A stretch of 64,000 nucleotides of DNA, from positions 7,380,001-7,444,000 of the forward strand of contig OZ076409.1 in NCBI GenBank assembly GCA_964187785.1. Direction: 5' to 3'. Positions 40,275 to 52,400 of the stretch are shown here, piece after piece. A program made the translations under genes and the position numbers. The notes beneath the pieces were generated by a model that worked only from the letters and a program-made list of their open reading frames with translations, did no database searches and was not told the origin of the DNA. The stretch comes from Amphiscolops sp. MND2022. Its lineage: Eukaryota. Positions within the stretch are counted from its first letter, which is position 1; each line of letters opens with the position of its first letter.

Positions 40275-40514
40275 ATGGGATGCGGTAAGACAGAGACCTG
40301 TAGTCGGGTTCGAAGTCTACTCGGGCGTAGTTGGCAAGGAATCCATCCTGGTCGATCAAAACAAGCTTCACGGATCGCGAGACCCCCTTGGGAAGTTTTT
40401 CATGGTCGTCGAAGTCCCAACAGAGCTCTGCCCAGTCTCTGCCCTGCTTAGTGACCCAAATGTCTTCCACGGGCAATGGACGTTCCTTCAGGGTGATGCA
40501 GCTTTTGGCCTTTC
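40275..40514 (-). CDS. Putative host-gene exon, FN3-like
   Basis: ttctttacag acceptor; PLPVEDIWVTKQGRDWAELCW resembles the start of an FN3 domain; donor uncertain. Confidence 0.5.
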
Positions 40515-40878
40515 CTGTAAAGAACGATACTGTATTTAATATTTCTACTTTTTGCTATTACTTATTTTTATTTCTATTCGATTAGTGGAATACTTCAGTA
40601 GGTTTGGTAGCTTTTCACAAGTTTCGCTGGTTTATTTGCTTGCAGAATACACTTCAATGATTGTATATTGAGGTTTAGTATCATTTCACCCCACGTTCAT
40701 TTCACCACATATCAATTCACCCCAAATTCGTTTCAACCCACGTTCATTCCAGCCCAAACTTAAATTATCAAATGGGTCTCAGATACATGACTATTGCCAC
40801 CCAATTAGCGCTAATAGAAAAGCGTCTTGAACCTAATTACCAATTAGCTAAGCAAACGATGCTTGCTATGTGAACCAC

Positions 40879-42252
40879 TGTCATGCTCGATCGCATGAAT
40901 TGAATTGACGACTGCAACCCTTAGTCGTCACAAACTCTGAAAACAATAGGATTTGTTCAACCAAATTTAATGAAGCTATTAAAATGGAAAAAGCGACTGG
41001 CTTAAGTCGTCAATATAGCTCATTCCAATTTCATGTGGCAATAACAAAATTGTGCTAAACAACGACTAACACCTTTAGTGGTGGCATCTATCTTCAACAT
41101 ATCATACAAACAGTGCAATAGAAATACACGAACGGCCAAACTACTCAGACGTCAAGCGATGATCTATAATTTTTTTCCAATATTAATGCAAGTTATCTTT
41201 ATCCAGTAATGTGATTCTTCATAACGACTAAAACATTCAGTCGTCTTTTGCAGTTCAATATTCAATCTCATGTAATTTAACATTTCATTATTTATTTCGA
41301 ATAAAACCACGACCGGCCTAACCAGTCGTCAATGAGTTGAATTGTTTACATGTACCTCAATATGAATCCTTGACCACGTTGATTTGTGTATTTAGTATTC
41401 ATATTATTCATCATTTGTAAAAACATTAAAATCATAATCACTACCACGACCATTAGTCGTCATTAGTATATGGAGCCTTGATTACTCATTTAGTGTTCTA
41501 TTATCAACCATTTGTATAAGTAATGTAACCATGATGACGACTGCGACCATTAGTCGTCATTAACACGCATCACGTGATTAACCACCATTCAATCATATAA
41601 AGCAGTAGCAAGTGCGAAAGTGAGATTACAATATATCTAAATGATGATTAATAACGACTGTAGCACACTGTCGTACATAACACCATTGCGCAATAATTAG
41701 CACCTCGTATCATCAACCAATCATTATGCAGTAACCAGACACGTGACAAAGACGCACAATTTGAATTGAGTAGTTTTTCGATCTAGTAGTGAAATTCAGT
41801 AAGATTTGGATAACAACCAAGTGCAGTCGTTATACCTTGCTCCTGAGTTCATTACCACAGTCAATCGAAACAACATTTTTCTTCAATACAATAACCTTCC
41901 TTCTACTTAATTCAATTCGTAAAACTAACAACTTCTTTCAAAATGGTCAACACCAGAGCTCAGGCTTTGCAAAACAATTATAATAAACAAGACGAAACAA
42001 ACGACTATGATGACAATTCTAGTGACATTAGCTTACCAGAATTCGACACACGTACTTTCGAGTTAGAAAACAACGTCAATAACTTCAGCGAACAAGAAAG
42101 AGTACGTATAGAACGCAGATTTAATGAAATGAACAGGCAAATAGGAGAGTTGACTTCTCTAGTACGAACCCTAGCGGATAGGATTTCCTCGAGTAATCGA
42201 GAAGAGAAATGCAGTAATTCATCGCAAAATAGATCCCCAAGCCATTCTGACA
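40879..42252 (+). mobile_element. Solo LTR A (1374 bp)
   Basis: TGTCA...TGACA termini; flanks ACCAC / GCCAC (4/5 TSD match); contains the start of a gag-like ORF. Confidence 0.8.
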
Positions 42253-42284
42253 GCCACAAAATCGGAACCGAAAATTTTCACTAA
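41943..42284 (+). CDS. LTR-encoded gag-like N-terminal fragment reading out into flanking DNA
   Basis: MVNTRAQ start typical of Gypsy gag, acidic spacer, coiled coil ERRFNEMNRQIGELTSLVRTL. About 103 codons lie inside the LTR. Confidence 0.65.
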   Translation: MVNTRAQALQNNYNKQDETNDYDDNSSDISLPEFDTRTFELENNVNNFSEQERVRIERRFNEMNRQIGELTSLVRTLADRISSSNREEKCSNSSQNRSPSHSDSHKIGTENFH

Positions 42285-43706
42285 TCGGAATTGTAATTTT
42301 CGTATTTTTTGAAAATAATTTTGAAACTCCATGTTTACTCGGAGGTATTTTGAAATTGGCTATTCTATTAATTACCGCTAAGTTGAGTCGCTAATAAAAA
42401 AAGCTAACAAGTTCCTCTGCCGCCGCTAATTCGCTAATTTTGCGGTGCCAAAACCCTGAACTTCACATTTACCCAAAATATTCCCTCAGCTAAATTGACT
42501 TTTGCGCTTTCAAAGACTAAAAGAAGCGCCGCTTTGGAAAGATATCGGTTTTTATTTCTCAAACAAAGAGCTGAGAAAAAAATTTCTGTCAATCAAAGTC
42601 TGCATTTTTGGATGTTGCTAATATTCAGCAAAAATTTTCGATTCCGTTTTCCTACGGCAAAAACTTTCCTACAGGCCAGAAACTTCAAATCTAACACAAA
42701 GACAGTAGGCATCAAAGTTTAAACCTTAATTGGCTAATTAACGTGAGACGCTTTCGTATAATTACAATATGGTGTGAAATGAAAGCGGGATGAAATGAAT
42801 ATGGGGTGAAATGAATGTGGGGTGAAGTGATATGGGGTGATGTGATATGAGCTGAAATGGCATGGGGTGAAATGATTTTGGGGTGAAATGAACGCACACT
42901 TATATTGAAACTTTAATTTCCTTCCGCTTGAAAGGTGATTTTCTTGATTTGTTGTGTTTGACAAAATAAACACTTTTACGGTGCGTCTTCATTGAATGAT
43001 ACGCTTTGTAAGCTGGTAAGTTGATTGACTCTGTCTGTATTTTTGTGCACATATTTTGACCCTTTAAGTGCTGAACAATCACAAAAATTCTATAAAACCC
43101 AGTGAACGACACCAGTGAAGCTTGATTTTATTCAGAGAATATTCTTCAATTACCTTAGTGATACTCCCGGGATTCCGTACCATACAGAACCAGGTTCATC
43201 ATACTGTGCCATATTAAAGCAAGGTTGATTACAGGTTGATCACACACTGGACAATAAAGGTTTTTGGTTCCAACCTGACCATACTCTGGACCATAGATGG
43301 TTCAGTCTATGATTAACCTGTTTCCAGATTTGGCCAATATTATGATCAACATGATTTCATTAAACATTGGAGGCTCACTATTAACTGGATCATGCCTGGT
43401 CCAGAGTATGTTCAGCCTGGAACCATAAATAGAAAATTGAGATAACGTAGTCAGTTAACACATTCACTGATGCTATTACTCGATATTCCTCAATCAAAGT
43501 GTCAATACAATCACAGAACAGAAGACAAGGTGGCAATCATCAACGTGTAGCACTTTTCTCTAACAGCAGGTTTTAGCAGCAGGCTATTCCTAATATCTGA
43601 AATTTTTTCTCTAAATTGCGTGTCACAGCAACCCGCGTGGGCAACAAAATTTTATGAAATTGGTTTGATCATACTCTAGGCCCTTTATGATTCCAGACTG
43701 GACCAT

Positions 43707-45306
43707 TGTCATGCCAGCATGATGGAAATATAATCTAATAAAATCTATATTGTACCTTTTATGCCATATATACTTATCTATGGGCAAAATGATGTCATAT
43801 AATAAGATTTATGGTTGTACGCAACTATGCGTTACTATACTAACCCCCCACCCTGAGTTTTGAGCTATCTACTACTCATTTATGAGCATCCTGGATCCAT
43901 ACTGTGCATATACGTTTGTTAAATTTAAATAATGGAGAAAATCCAAACAGGGACTCAAGTCACGAAAGAGGAAAACAGAAAGACTGAAACGATGAAAGAA
44001 CGATAAAACACATAGCACGACAGAAAGCTGAGCCTCGCAGCAAACTGTTGGCTTGAAACCTGAAATTCGTCTAAATCAGATCGTCCATACATGTAAAACG
44101 ATGATCAAGTTTCATCGCTTTTACATCGCTCAAAAGAGCCGCTCACCCCAGCAATTGTGATGATGCTAAAACGATGAAAGCTATACCTAAATACAAATTG
44201 TGCTCTTCTAACACTTTTCATCTGTATTACATCGTTTTACCGAACCAAACCAGAACCACAGAAACAAAATACTAGCACGAATGTAAACGATTGCAAATGG
44301 ATGAAACTTATTGATGATTTATTCCTACCTCTTAAACAAACACCTTTGCGTTATAATTTTCACTATGTATCAGAGATGAGATTCATCCATCGTTTTCACA
44401 TCCAATAGAACATACGGATACCGCACACACACGACTATTGAAAAACGACGTGTAAACGATGAATCTCATCTACATCGTGCAATAGCCTTCCTATTACAGT
44501 AGATTTATCGCTTTTGCATCGCTCATTTGCATTTCAAAACTGCTGTTACGTGACCCCTGAGTACTACTAGACTTATCGCTTTCACATCTGATGAGTATTT
44601 TATGCAGTTTACCGATGATTCAACGCTATTTGCTATGCGATATAAAACACAATCATCATAAGCATGTAAAACAATTTGAATTTCATTTGACGCGTATTTA
44701 ACGATGGTAGCCCCTTAACACCAACGAGAAGAACTCGTCACGTGACCAGACTCACATTAACACCTCGTTAGTGGACAGATGAAATTACACGGGTGGTAAA
44801 GATTTGAGGCTTACCGCCTGCAAACACGGGTCTACCGTCGAGCCACCATTACGCGAGTTAGTACACTGATTTTCAATTCAATACGTTATGATTCTTGTCA
44901 ACTGACTATTTTATTGCGACCAGATATCAAACTACAATTCAACTCTTTTCCACCAAAATCTCTCTGCTAGTGTTACATGAGCCATCTTTCACCCAGAAAG
45001 CTTAGAAACGGTAAACTACTTAGTCAAAGAAGTTTCAATCAAGCCGATAATTCACTCAGTGAAAGTAGTACGTTAATTATGGAAAACGGTAACAATGTTG
45101 AAAGCGAAATATTGCGAACTAGATCTCCTTCCCCTCAGAATCACAAGGAAACTCAACGCAAGAACGAAGAGCGATTTAATATGCTCCAAACAGAAATGTC
45201 ATCGCTGAGGCTATGATGGAAAAATTACTTGAACAGAACAGTAAGAAAGTAAGGCAAGTAGAGGCTGCTCCAACAACGTCCTCATTTACGGTGCAGTCGT
45301 CTAACA
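43707..45306 (+). mobile_element. Solo LTR B (1600 bp)
   Basis: TGTCA...TAACA termini; perfect 5-bp TSD ACCAT (43702-43706, 45307-45311). Interrupts a GGACCATA/TATGATC repeat element at ~43160-45420. Confidence 0.88.
44977..45306 (+). pseudogene. LTR-encoded gag-like N-terminal fragment (frameshift near 45210)
   Basis: MSHLSPRKLRNGK...EERFNMLQTEMSSL, continuing in the shifted frame as AMMEKLLEQN to the LTR end. Confidence 0.6.
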
Positions 45307-45804
45307 ACCATAGAAGTTTATGATTCCGGGCTGACCATAGTAAGATCATAGAAAAAATATGCATTATTTCTATGGTGCCATTTATGATCAGAGTATGATC
45401 AACCTTGTCGGGAAACCCGGTTTATTTAAAGCAACAAGAGGCAAAATCTCGAAAACACCAATAAGTTTATTTAAAAATATGAAAGTAGAAGTTTCTTAGA
45501 TTTTTACCTAGTTTACAAAAACTGGTTGGTATACAAACTGTGGTTCTCCTCAATTTTGGTCTACTTTAGCTCAGAAGTTTTGAAAAATTTCATGTTCAAT
45601 GGACACTTCCCTGATTTCACTGAAGCTCTTGATATTTTTTGATTTGAAATCACTCTAAGATCATGTATAGAGTATACTATTTTGAAAGTTAACCTGAAAC
45701 AAGTTTATACTGATACAATATTTTCCAGAAAATCAATATTGTCGGATTCGAAAGGTTCGGAAGACTTTTTATGTCAAATTTATTTCGAAATCAAAAAGTG
45801 TTGG

Positions 45805-46500
45805 TCAAAAATTCGAAAAACTAAAAAAAATGATGTTTTGGAATTTGCTCTTGTCATAACCTTCATCATTTTCACTTTGTTCAGAATCTTCCAAACATTC
45901 CATTTGATGATTTGAAAGGTTATTTGCTGTTGTGTTTAGTCTAGGAAAATTCTCTCTTGAGTCCTGGACCTGTTGGCTGAATTTACTTTTATGCCGTCCA
46001 TATGACCCAAGGTCCAAAGTTTGGTCCATAGGGACGTTTCTACTCGGATGCCGTCCATCTGACCGAAGGTCCAATTTCGCGTTCTTAGGCTCCCTATGAT
46101 TTACTATGACATTTTCGATGCTCGGTAGTATTTTTTCATCGATAGCGGAGTTTATTACCTCCATAATATGGGAATTTAGATCAGATTTCATTTCTTCCAA
46201 TTTCCTCGACATCTGTGAAGAAATTTCTGAACTAATTGCTCTACTAGTTTCTACTGTAATTTCACTATTCTCACTCAAATTTGTATTCAAAAGAGATCTA
46301 TAGTTGCTTTCTTCTTGTCTGAAACCTTGTTGCCGTCTACTTGACTCAGGGTCAATTTCTATTTGATCTACTGTGTTTTGGTCTCTAATCTCGCTGTTTG
46401 AGTAATTTCCAAGCATCACATCTAAATTTTCAATATCTGACATTACGTCAGACTGTCTAGAACGTTTCTCTCTTGCTTTCTGCTTTCTAGTTGAAGGCAT
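45805..46500 (-). CDS. Copy of gag N-terminus in the 3' LTR, ending in flanking DNA
   Basis: Matches gag up to ...NDEGYD, then continues with flank-derived KSKFQNIIFFSFSNF*. Confidence 0.7.
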   Translation of the reverse strand: MPSTRKQKAREKRSRQSDVMSDIENLDVMLGNYSNSEIRDQNTVDQIEIDPESSRRQQGFRQEESNYRSLLNTNLSENSEITVETSRAISSEISSQMSRKLEEMKSDLNSHIMEVINSAIDEKILPSIENVIVNHREPKNAKLDLRSDGRHPSRNVPMDQTLDLGSYGRHKSKFSQQVQDSRENFPRLNTTANNLSNHQMECLEDSEQSENDEGYDKSKFQNIIFFSFSNF

Positions 46501-47405
46501 TTTCAAGGAATGGATTTGATTCCAACAGTGAATTGATCAACAGTAACAAATCAAACAGTTTTGTATCGTAGCGTTTTCAATCAATGAATGAATGTCCCTT
46601 CTTATTACAAATTCCGCGTATATATAGTTTATACTGCATGACACGCAATATTTTGCGTGTCAGGAACTAAATTTAGGGTGATATCATTCTAAGTATAGCC
46701 CCGATTTCATTATTAGGTCACTAGTCCTAAAAATAGACTGAGGGTTTTGACATTACGTCACACAAATGAATAGATATAAATAGCATCAAACAAACAGTGG
46801 GTATCTTTACATGTATTCAAATTCAGGTTAAAATCAACCTTTCATGCATTGGTAACATCAATACTCAATGAAATTCTAAATTTGACCATGCGTCAGCATG
46901 ACTGCAATGATAGACTGGTACTTTACTCTGATTGGTCAACAAGTACTTGTGACCACACGTCGGTTTGACTGCGGTAGAGTACTAGTTAATTAACTAAGAA
47001 AAGTGTCTTAAGGTACTCTTTAAACACCGTTTAACAGCACTTGAGTTACTTTGCTAAGTATTGCGTCGTTAACTAAGTGATGTACTTTAGGTCCAGATTA
47101 ATTGCAAGTAATTTCATCAATGGGAAATTCTAAATAGTAACTAATCAATAATAGCAATTGAATAAATGCACAGATTAAATGCTGTCAGTTTGACCTTTGG
47201 TCTAAATAGTAACATCGAAATTGCATGTTTAGCGTTAATAATTCGGTCATTACATGCATGAAACAAATATTAAACTATCAAAATAAATGCTAAAGTTCGT
47301 TTCAGAGTTTGTTCTAGATAGGTAGTACCCCGGGGGCTGGTGGCGTCTCATTACCTTCTGGCATCATTTGGTATAGGATGCCGTCACAAGCGGCAGCTTG
47401 CGACA
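45852..47405 (-). repeat. 3' LTR (1554 bp)
   Basis: Near-identical to 60421-61975 (roughly 20 differences by eye); preceded by the PPT. Confidence 0.97.
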
Positions 47406-48138
47406 CTCCCCCCGGTACGAGTATGAACGTCCCTGCTTTCATACCTGCCTGGAATGCATCACGTCTAGCAATCCGCTGCTCATAAGTTTCTCCGGGAATG
47501 TGTGTCTGTTCAAGGTACCCCAATGTTATTTCTTCTTTAATGTCCGCAGATGATTTCCCACAGATCACGCAACCAGTTTGGGTCGTCTCATTCGGTTGTC
47601 CACAGCTTCCCCCGACGCTAATTCCTAGGCCAGTGATGTGTGAATTGCCATACCATGAATCTGCCGAACCGTGAGGTTGCGTAGGCTGGTAGGTGTCAAC
47701 TGAGGGTCCTTGGTCTTCTAGCGGAGGTGACCATGGGGAGTCCCGTATTGGGTTTAGCTGGCCACAATACGTTATTGGGTGGTCATCCGCATTTGAGCCA
47801 TAAGAGGTTCTTGGGGGGCCCCCAACACACCAATCGAGCAAGTCTTGTGACGGGTCCGTAAAAGTGCTCACTGATCCAATTAAATCGTCATCTGGTATGT
47901 TCAGGTCGTTCAAGCAATGAGCTAATTCTGTAGTCATTGCCCGACCCGCGGTGAGTTGTGGAGGGAAGGGTATATTTTCACGATAACAAGCAAGAACTTG
48001 TATGTCGTCGTCTGAATCTTGACCGTCAGGTCCGTCTGCAATGGACACTGAGTCCACTTCCATTTCTTCATCAGATGACTGGTACGAAAGGCTAACTAGA
48101 GGTCTATCGTGTTCCTCCAAAGAAAATTGTAGAGACAT
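47314..48138 (-). CDS. Accessory sense ORF (274 aa) overlapping PPT and U3
   Basis: Intact ORF with an acidic/Pro-rich N-terminus and a CVICG motif; the last ~30 codons lie in the LTR. Confidence 0.75.
   Translation of the reverse strand: MSLQFSLEEHDRPLVSLSYQSSDEEMEVDSVSIADGPDGQDSDDDIQVLACYRENIPFPPQLTAGRAMTTELAHCLNDLNIPDDDLIGSVSTFTDPSQDLLDWCVGGPPRTSYGSNADDHPITYCGQLNPIRDSPWSPPLEDQGPSVDTYQPTQPHGSADSWYGNSHITGLGISVGGSCGQPNETTQTGCVICGKSSADIKEEITLGYLEQTHIPGETYEQRIARRDAFQAGMKAGTFILVPGGVSQAAACDGILYQMMPEGNETPPAPGVLPI
47406..47413 (-). promoter_or_regulatory. Polypurine tract
   Basis: Minus strand GGGGGGAG lies immediately before the TGTCGC start of the 3' LTR. Confidence 0.85.
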
Positions 48139-48770
48139 TTCCTTGTAGAAACGTTGAATGAGAAGTTTTTAGCAATTGTGACAAACAAGGTTTGTAGCAA
48201 CTGAGTTTCACAAAGTTTGGGAGGCAAGTAATTTCCTGCCGCCTGCCGTCTTCTTGACTTCAGGTCCAACCCCAATTTTGGCGTGGGTTGGGCGCGGGGT
48301 TTTCCCCGAATCATAGTTTTCACATTTCCTATTTAGGTTTCGATTAAGAGCGGAGTCTCGAATAATTTTCGAGTAATTTATCTGCGAAGCTTGTTAATTG
48401 CCTCTTCAAGTTGTTTTACTTTATTCTTCAAAGGCGTCACTTGATAATCTAAGTGTTGTCTCTCTTAATTCTTCGTCAACAATTAACTTGAAAGACCGTC
48501 GGTCCTTTCGACGGCAGCAATGATGATAACCAATCAAATAACACTGGATTGATTGGTAAAATATGACGAATAATTTTATGAATGTGAAATGAAATAAGTA
48601 ATTTGATGCATTTTTAGGTGAAGAGAGAGTAATAAAGCGAAACAAGTAAAGAAGTCCATGAATATTTCACTGGCAGATTCCATACCATGAACTGTGAATA
48701 AAGAGCATGACTAAAGGAAAGGAGAAGATGGAAACATAAAAGAAAGTCTTACATGTAGCCACGACATCCA

Positions 48771-48835
48771 AATAATAATGATAGTAATAATAATATTAAT
48801 AATAATAATAATATCAATAATAATAATAATGATAA
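48771..48835. repeat. Imperfect (AAT)n microsatellite inside the element's intergenic region
   Basis: AATAATAATGATAGTAATAATAAT... run. Confidence 0.8.
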
Positions 48836-49453
48836 GAAGTCCGAGACTCTAAATTATTGGTAGGAGGTAGTAATTAGTCAAAAGAGTAGTTGTTGAGTAG
48901 AGGAAGTGAAATAAAGTACATTTGGTAACAAGTAACGTTGTGCCGTCATGATGACTCATCGTCCAATACGTTAGTTTTGGTTGAATATTATTTGATTGTG
49001 AACTAGTAATACATTGCCGTCAGGTTGACATTACGTCCACAGCTCTGTGCTTTTGCGTTAAAGACCATTGCCTTCATCAATTGTTTCCTCTTGTAGTATC
49101 ACTTGAGCTAGACTGTATTACCTAGTAATCAGGATAGTCTCTCTGACCTTGAGCAACAGATTGATTCAGTCTAAATTTCACCTTTTCCTAACCTCTCACC
49201 AGCATAAATTCACAAATTTTGCTTGCGTTAATTTGAATTGATATCCTCATATTCCACTTTTCTCCATTATTCGTCATCTAGAGGATCTTACTTCACTACA
49301 CGGCTCTCCAGACACAAATTCCGTGTGAAAGAATTTGGCAAATTCCTATTTGTCTGCTTTACTAAAAAATATCTGGGATTACGTTGTGAAGTCAAACAAA
49401 ATTCATCTTCAACAGCGTACAACAATTGGTCACATCAATTCTGTTGATCGAAT

Positions 49454-52400
49454 ATGGATTCAACATCAGGTTGGTTCTTTTGAAAGTGTTAAAATTAGGC
49501 TTGATCAGGGCTCATAATTCTAACTAAGTTACTTCCTCCATCGTGAAATGTTTGCTGTCAGCATGAACATTGTGTCAAAAGTATTTCCGGAAATATTTAT
49601 TAAGCGCGGCTAGATGGATTCATATTCAGGAAGTGAACCGCGTTTATTCATCTCATTCCGTTTAGGTGATGAATCTAATGGCCAACCTCTCCAATTGGTC
49701 GCTGAAGAAGAAAAAATGGATACAACTGATTCCTTTGTAACTGCCTCTTCCACTGTCAATAGTTTCCCCACCGTAAAGTCTATGACTCACGGCCAGAATG
49801 ATAATGACGACAAGTCAGATGATCCTGAGAGAGTAGTGGAAGACGATCCCAGTCTGGTGAGTGAGGGAGCAACTACAAGTTTGGGGAACATCACTGTGAC
49901 GCCTCAAGATCCCCCCATCACTATTTCCAACACAGAGGCCACTCCTCCTGCTATTACAGCAACTGGGAACGTTGAGAGTAGTAGCACTGATGAGAGTTGT
50001 GGGGCTTACATCGCTCGAAAGTGGGAACAATTGGGCTGTTCGCAAGAAACTGGTACATCGAGTCAGAACGACTGGAGCGGCAAGAAGTTTAGCGAGAGTA
50101 GCATGATGGAGCTGATGCCCGGTCAGTATTCCCCTACCCAAGATGAATTGGAGTTGGACGAAGCGCCAGAGGTTGCATTCCTGGACTCTCCCAAAGTACT
50201 ATTGAAAAGCAGTCTCAAGTCTCGATATGGGCCTTCCGAAGCAAAAGTTCAAAGACTGAGCGTGAAGTTGATTGCTCCAAGGACTGATTTGTCTGATGCC
50301 GCCGCCGGGACGGAAGGTCTCTCAAGTTCTGAAGCTGGATCCGAGTTCGCTGGGGAATTTGAAGCCCCCAGATTTGCAGATCCAACAGCGAACAGAGAAT
50401 CCGATAAGGTAACCAGTGACGCCGGGTTAGAGTCTGAAGGATTAGTCGGGTCCACAGTGGCTGATGTCCTGTTTGCACCTGCCCAAGCTAACGTATTTAG
50501 AGTGAGTGATGTAGCCAGCAACACGTCAGTAGATTTCCCTGAATCAGCACCTCGAGTCCCTCAACTGTCAGCTAGTAGTCGCGCTTTGATAAAGGAGTAT
50601 TTTGACGAGGCCACCCCCATCAGATTGTCTCCTGGGCATCCTACCCTTGCATTGAATGAGGGCCAAGTAAGTAGCTTGTTAAAAGTTGTAGCAGATGAAG
50701 CAGTTAAATCGTCGCTGAAAGCTATGGAAAACTTGGTACAACAAGCAAGCAGATTGAGCCTTGGAGCCCAGCGATCACCGACGGCCGTCATTCCGAGGTC
50801 GAAGAAAGCAATTTCTCAGACCAGTTATGCTGGGTCACAATCTGGTTTGTCATCAGGTCATACAAGCGATACCAGTGGGGGAATCAGAAGTGACGATGAT
50901 TTCGCCAGTATTGGATATGTTTACGAACATTCCGACCTGGAGAGTCAGCATTTTACTCCTCCCCCAACCGGTCCGTCTGGAAGCCGTCAAATTGACCTTG
51001 TGTCACCTGGAGCTTCAACCCAGACTGATAGCCCCGGAGGACAAACCTTGGCTGCGCTCAAAGCGGAGGCAGTATCGGAAAGGACTAAGTCTGGAACACG
51101 CCGAAGACAAAGCAAGAAGCCTACTCGTCCCAAAGGAGAGAGCAGACATCGGGTGCCTCGTGCCTGTAAAATCATGAAAGAGGCATATTTTAAAGGAATG
51201 GAGTGGACGAAGACGTTTGTAAGCGGACCAGTTGATCCTCGCTGGAATCCGTACAAATTTTATTGCCAAATCTGTAAAGGCAATATATCAATTTATGGAC
51301 GCGGCGCTCGAGAGATCCTTCGTCACCACTCCACCGAACGTCACCTTCGTAAGGATCAGAGGTGGCGTTACGAGCATCTTGCCATAGAAGACCCCGTGAG
51401 TGGAAGGAAAAAACACCATGTCAGAGGGAAGGACGGACGACTTCTCACCCCCTACGAGCTTCAATTAGAATTACCCAAGTTCATTGGGGTGGAACTCGTG
51501 GACATCGGAGAGAAGCTTCCGTTCTACGAAGAATACGCTCAAGGAGTTGACTACATGGCTTCTTCATCCGACAACCGTGTTCGAGTCCAGATGTCAGTTC
51601 TGGGTAACTACTTGCGAAGCTACGGCGATATCAGCACCCTGAGGAACCTCTGGCGGGATGTTGGGGTCGTTGTAAACCATCAGTCGCTCTTTACTGACTT
51701 TGACTGGAGTAAAGAACGGCTATCAGTAAGTACTTTCCTGCCGTTAAATCGACTTAAGGTCTTCCCCAGCCCAGTAATCGTTACCTTTGGCCTGCATTAA
51801 ATATGATGTTTTCATTCTAGGCTCTCTTCCACCACCTGTTCCTACAAAGTATACATGACATTGGAGACCATGTAGTTGCAGCGGGCGAGTATTCGCTGGA
51901 ATTTATCAAGCAAGGAGTCTTCCTGTTAGTGTTCATTCGTTTCTGGAGAAAGGACGAGCTCTGCCGAGTTTTCCTGAAGCGAACCGGCCGGGTCCTGGGA
52001 CAGTCGGCAGCCGAATTAAGCCTCATAAGTGACGTTTTGGCAGTTTTCTCACTCGGCCCCAACATTGTCAGTTGCTCCGGTTGCAGCCTGGAAACGATCC
52101 AGAAGGTAAATAGTTCTCCTTACAGTAAGCATGGACTCCAACACCCTCTCAGATTTGAGGACTTTTCAATCGCGCGGCTAATGCATAAAGAAAGCTATAG
52201 TGTCTTTGGACGCATCGACTTCCACTCCGTTCTCAAGTATCTAATCATCTTCTTGGGGGGAAGCCTCGACTGCGATTGGACCTTGATGACGCCAGTGTTG
52301 GCAAAGGTTAGACTCTCTCATTTTAGGCTTTTAGTCCACGGCTCTTTCAAAGGTACTAATAAACTTGTTGTGTTCAGGCTGTTCGTACTTGCCAAATTGA

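Larger units (their letters stand above)
40682..42893. mobile_element. Foldback element (ATTTCACCCC repeats) hosting solo LTR A
   Basis: TTCACCCC units at 40682-40757, inverted GGGGTGAAAT units at 42770-42892. Confidence 0.7.

Noticed and set aside
45805..46506. Second, truncated tandem retrotransposon
   Set aside because: The duplicate ends exactly at TG/CA termini with PBS and PPT correctly placed, so it is the 3' LTR.
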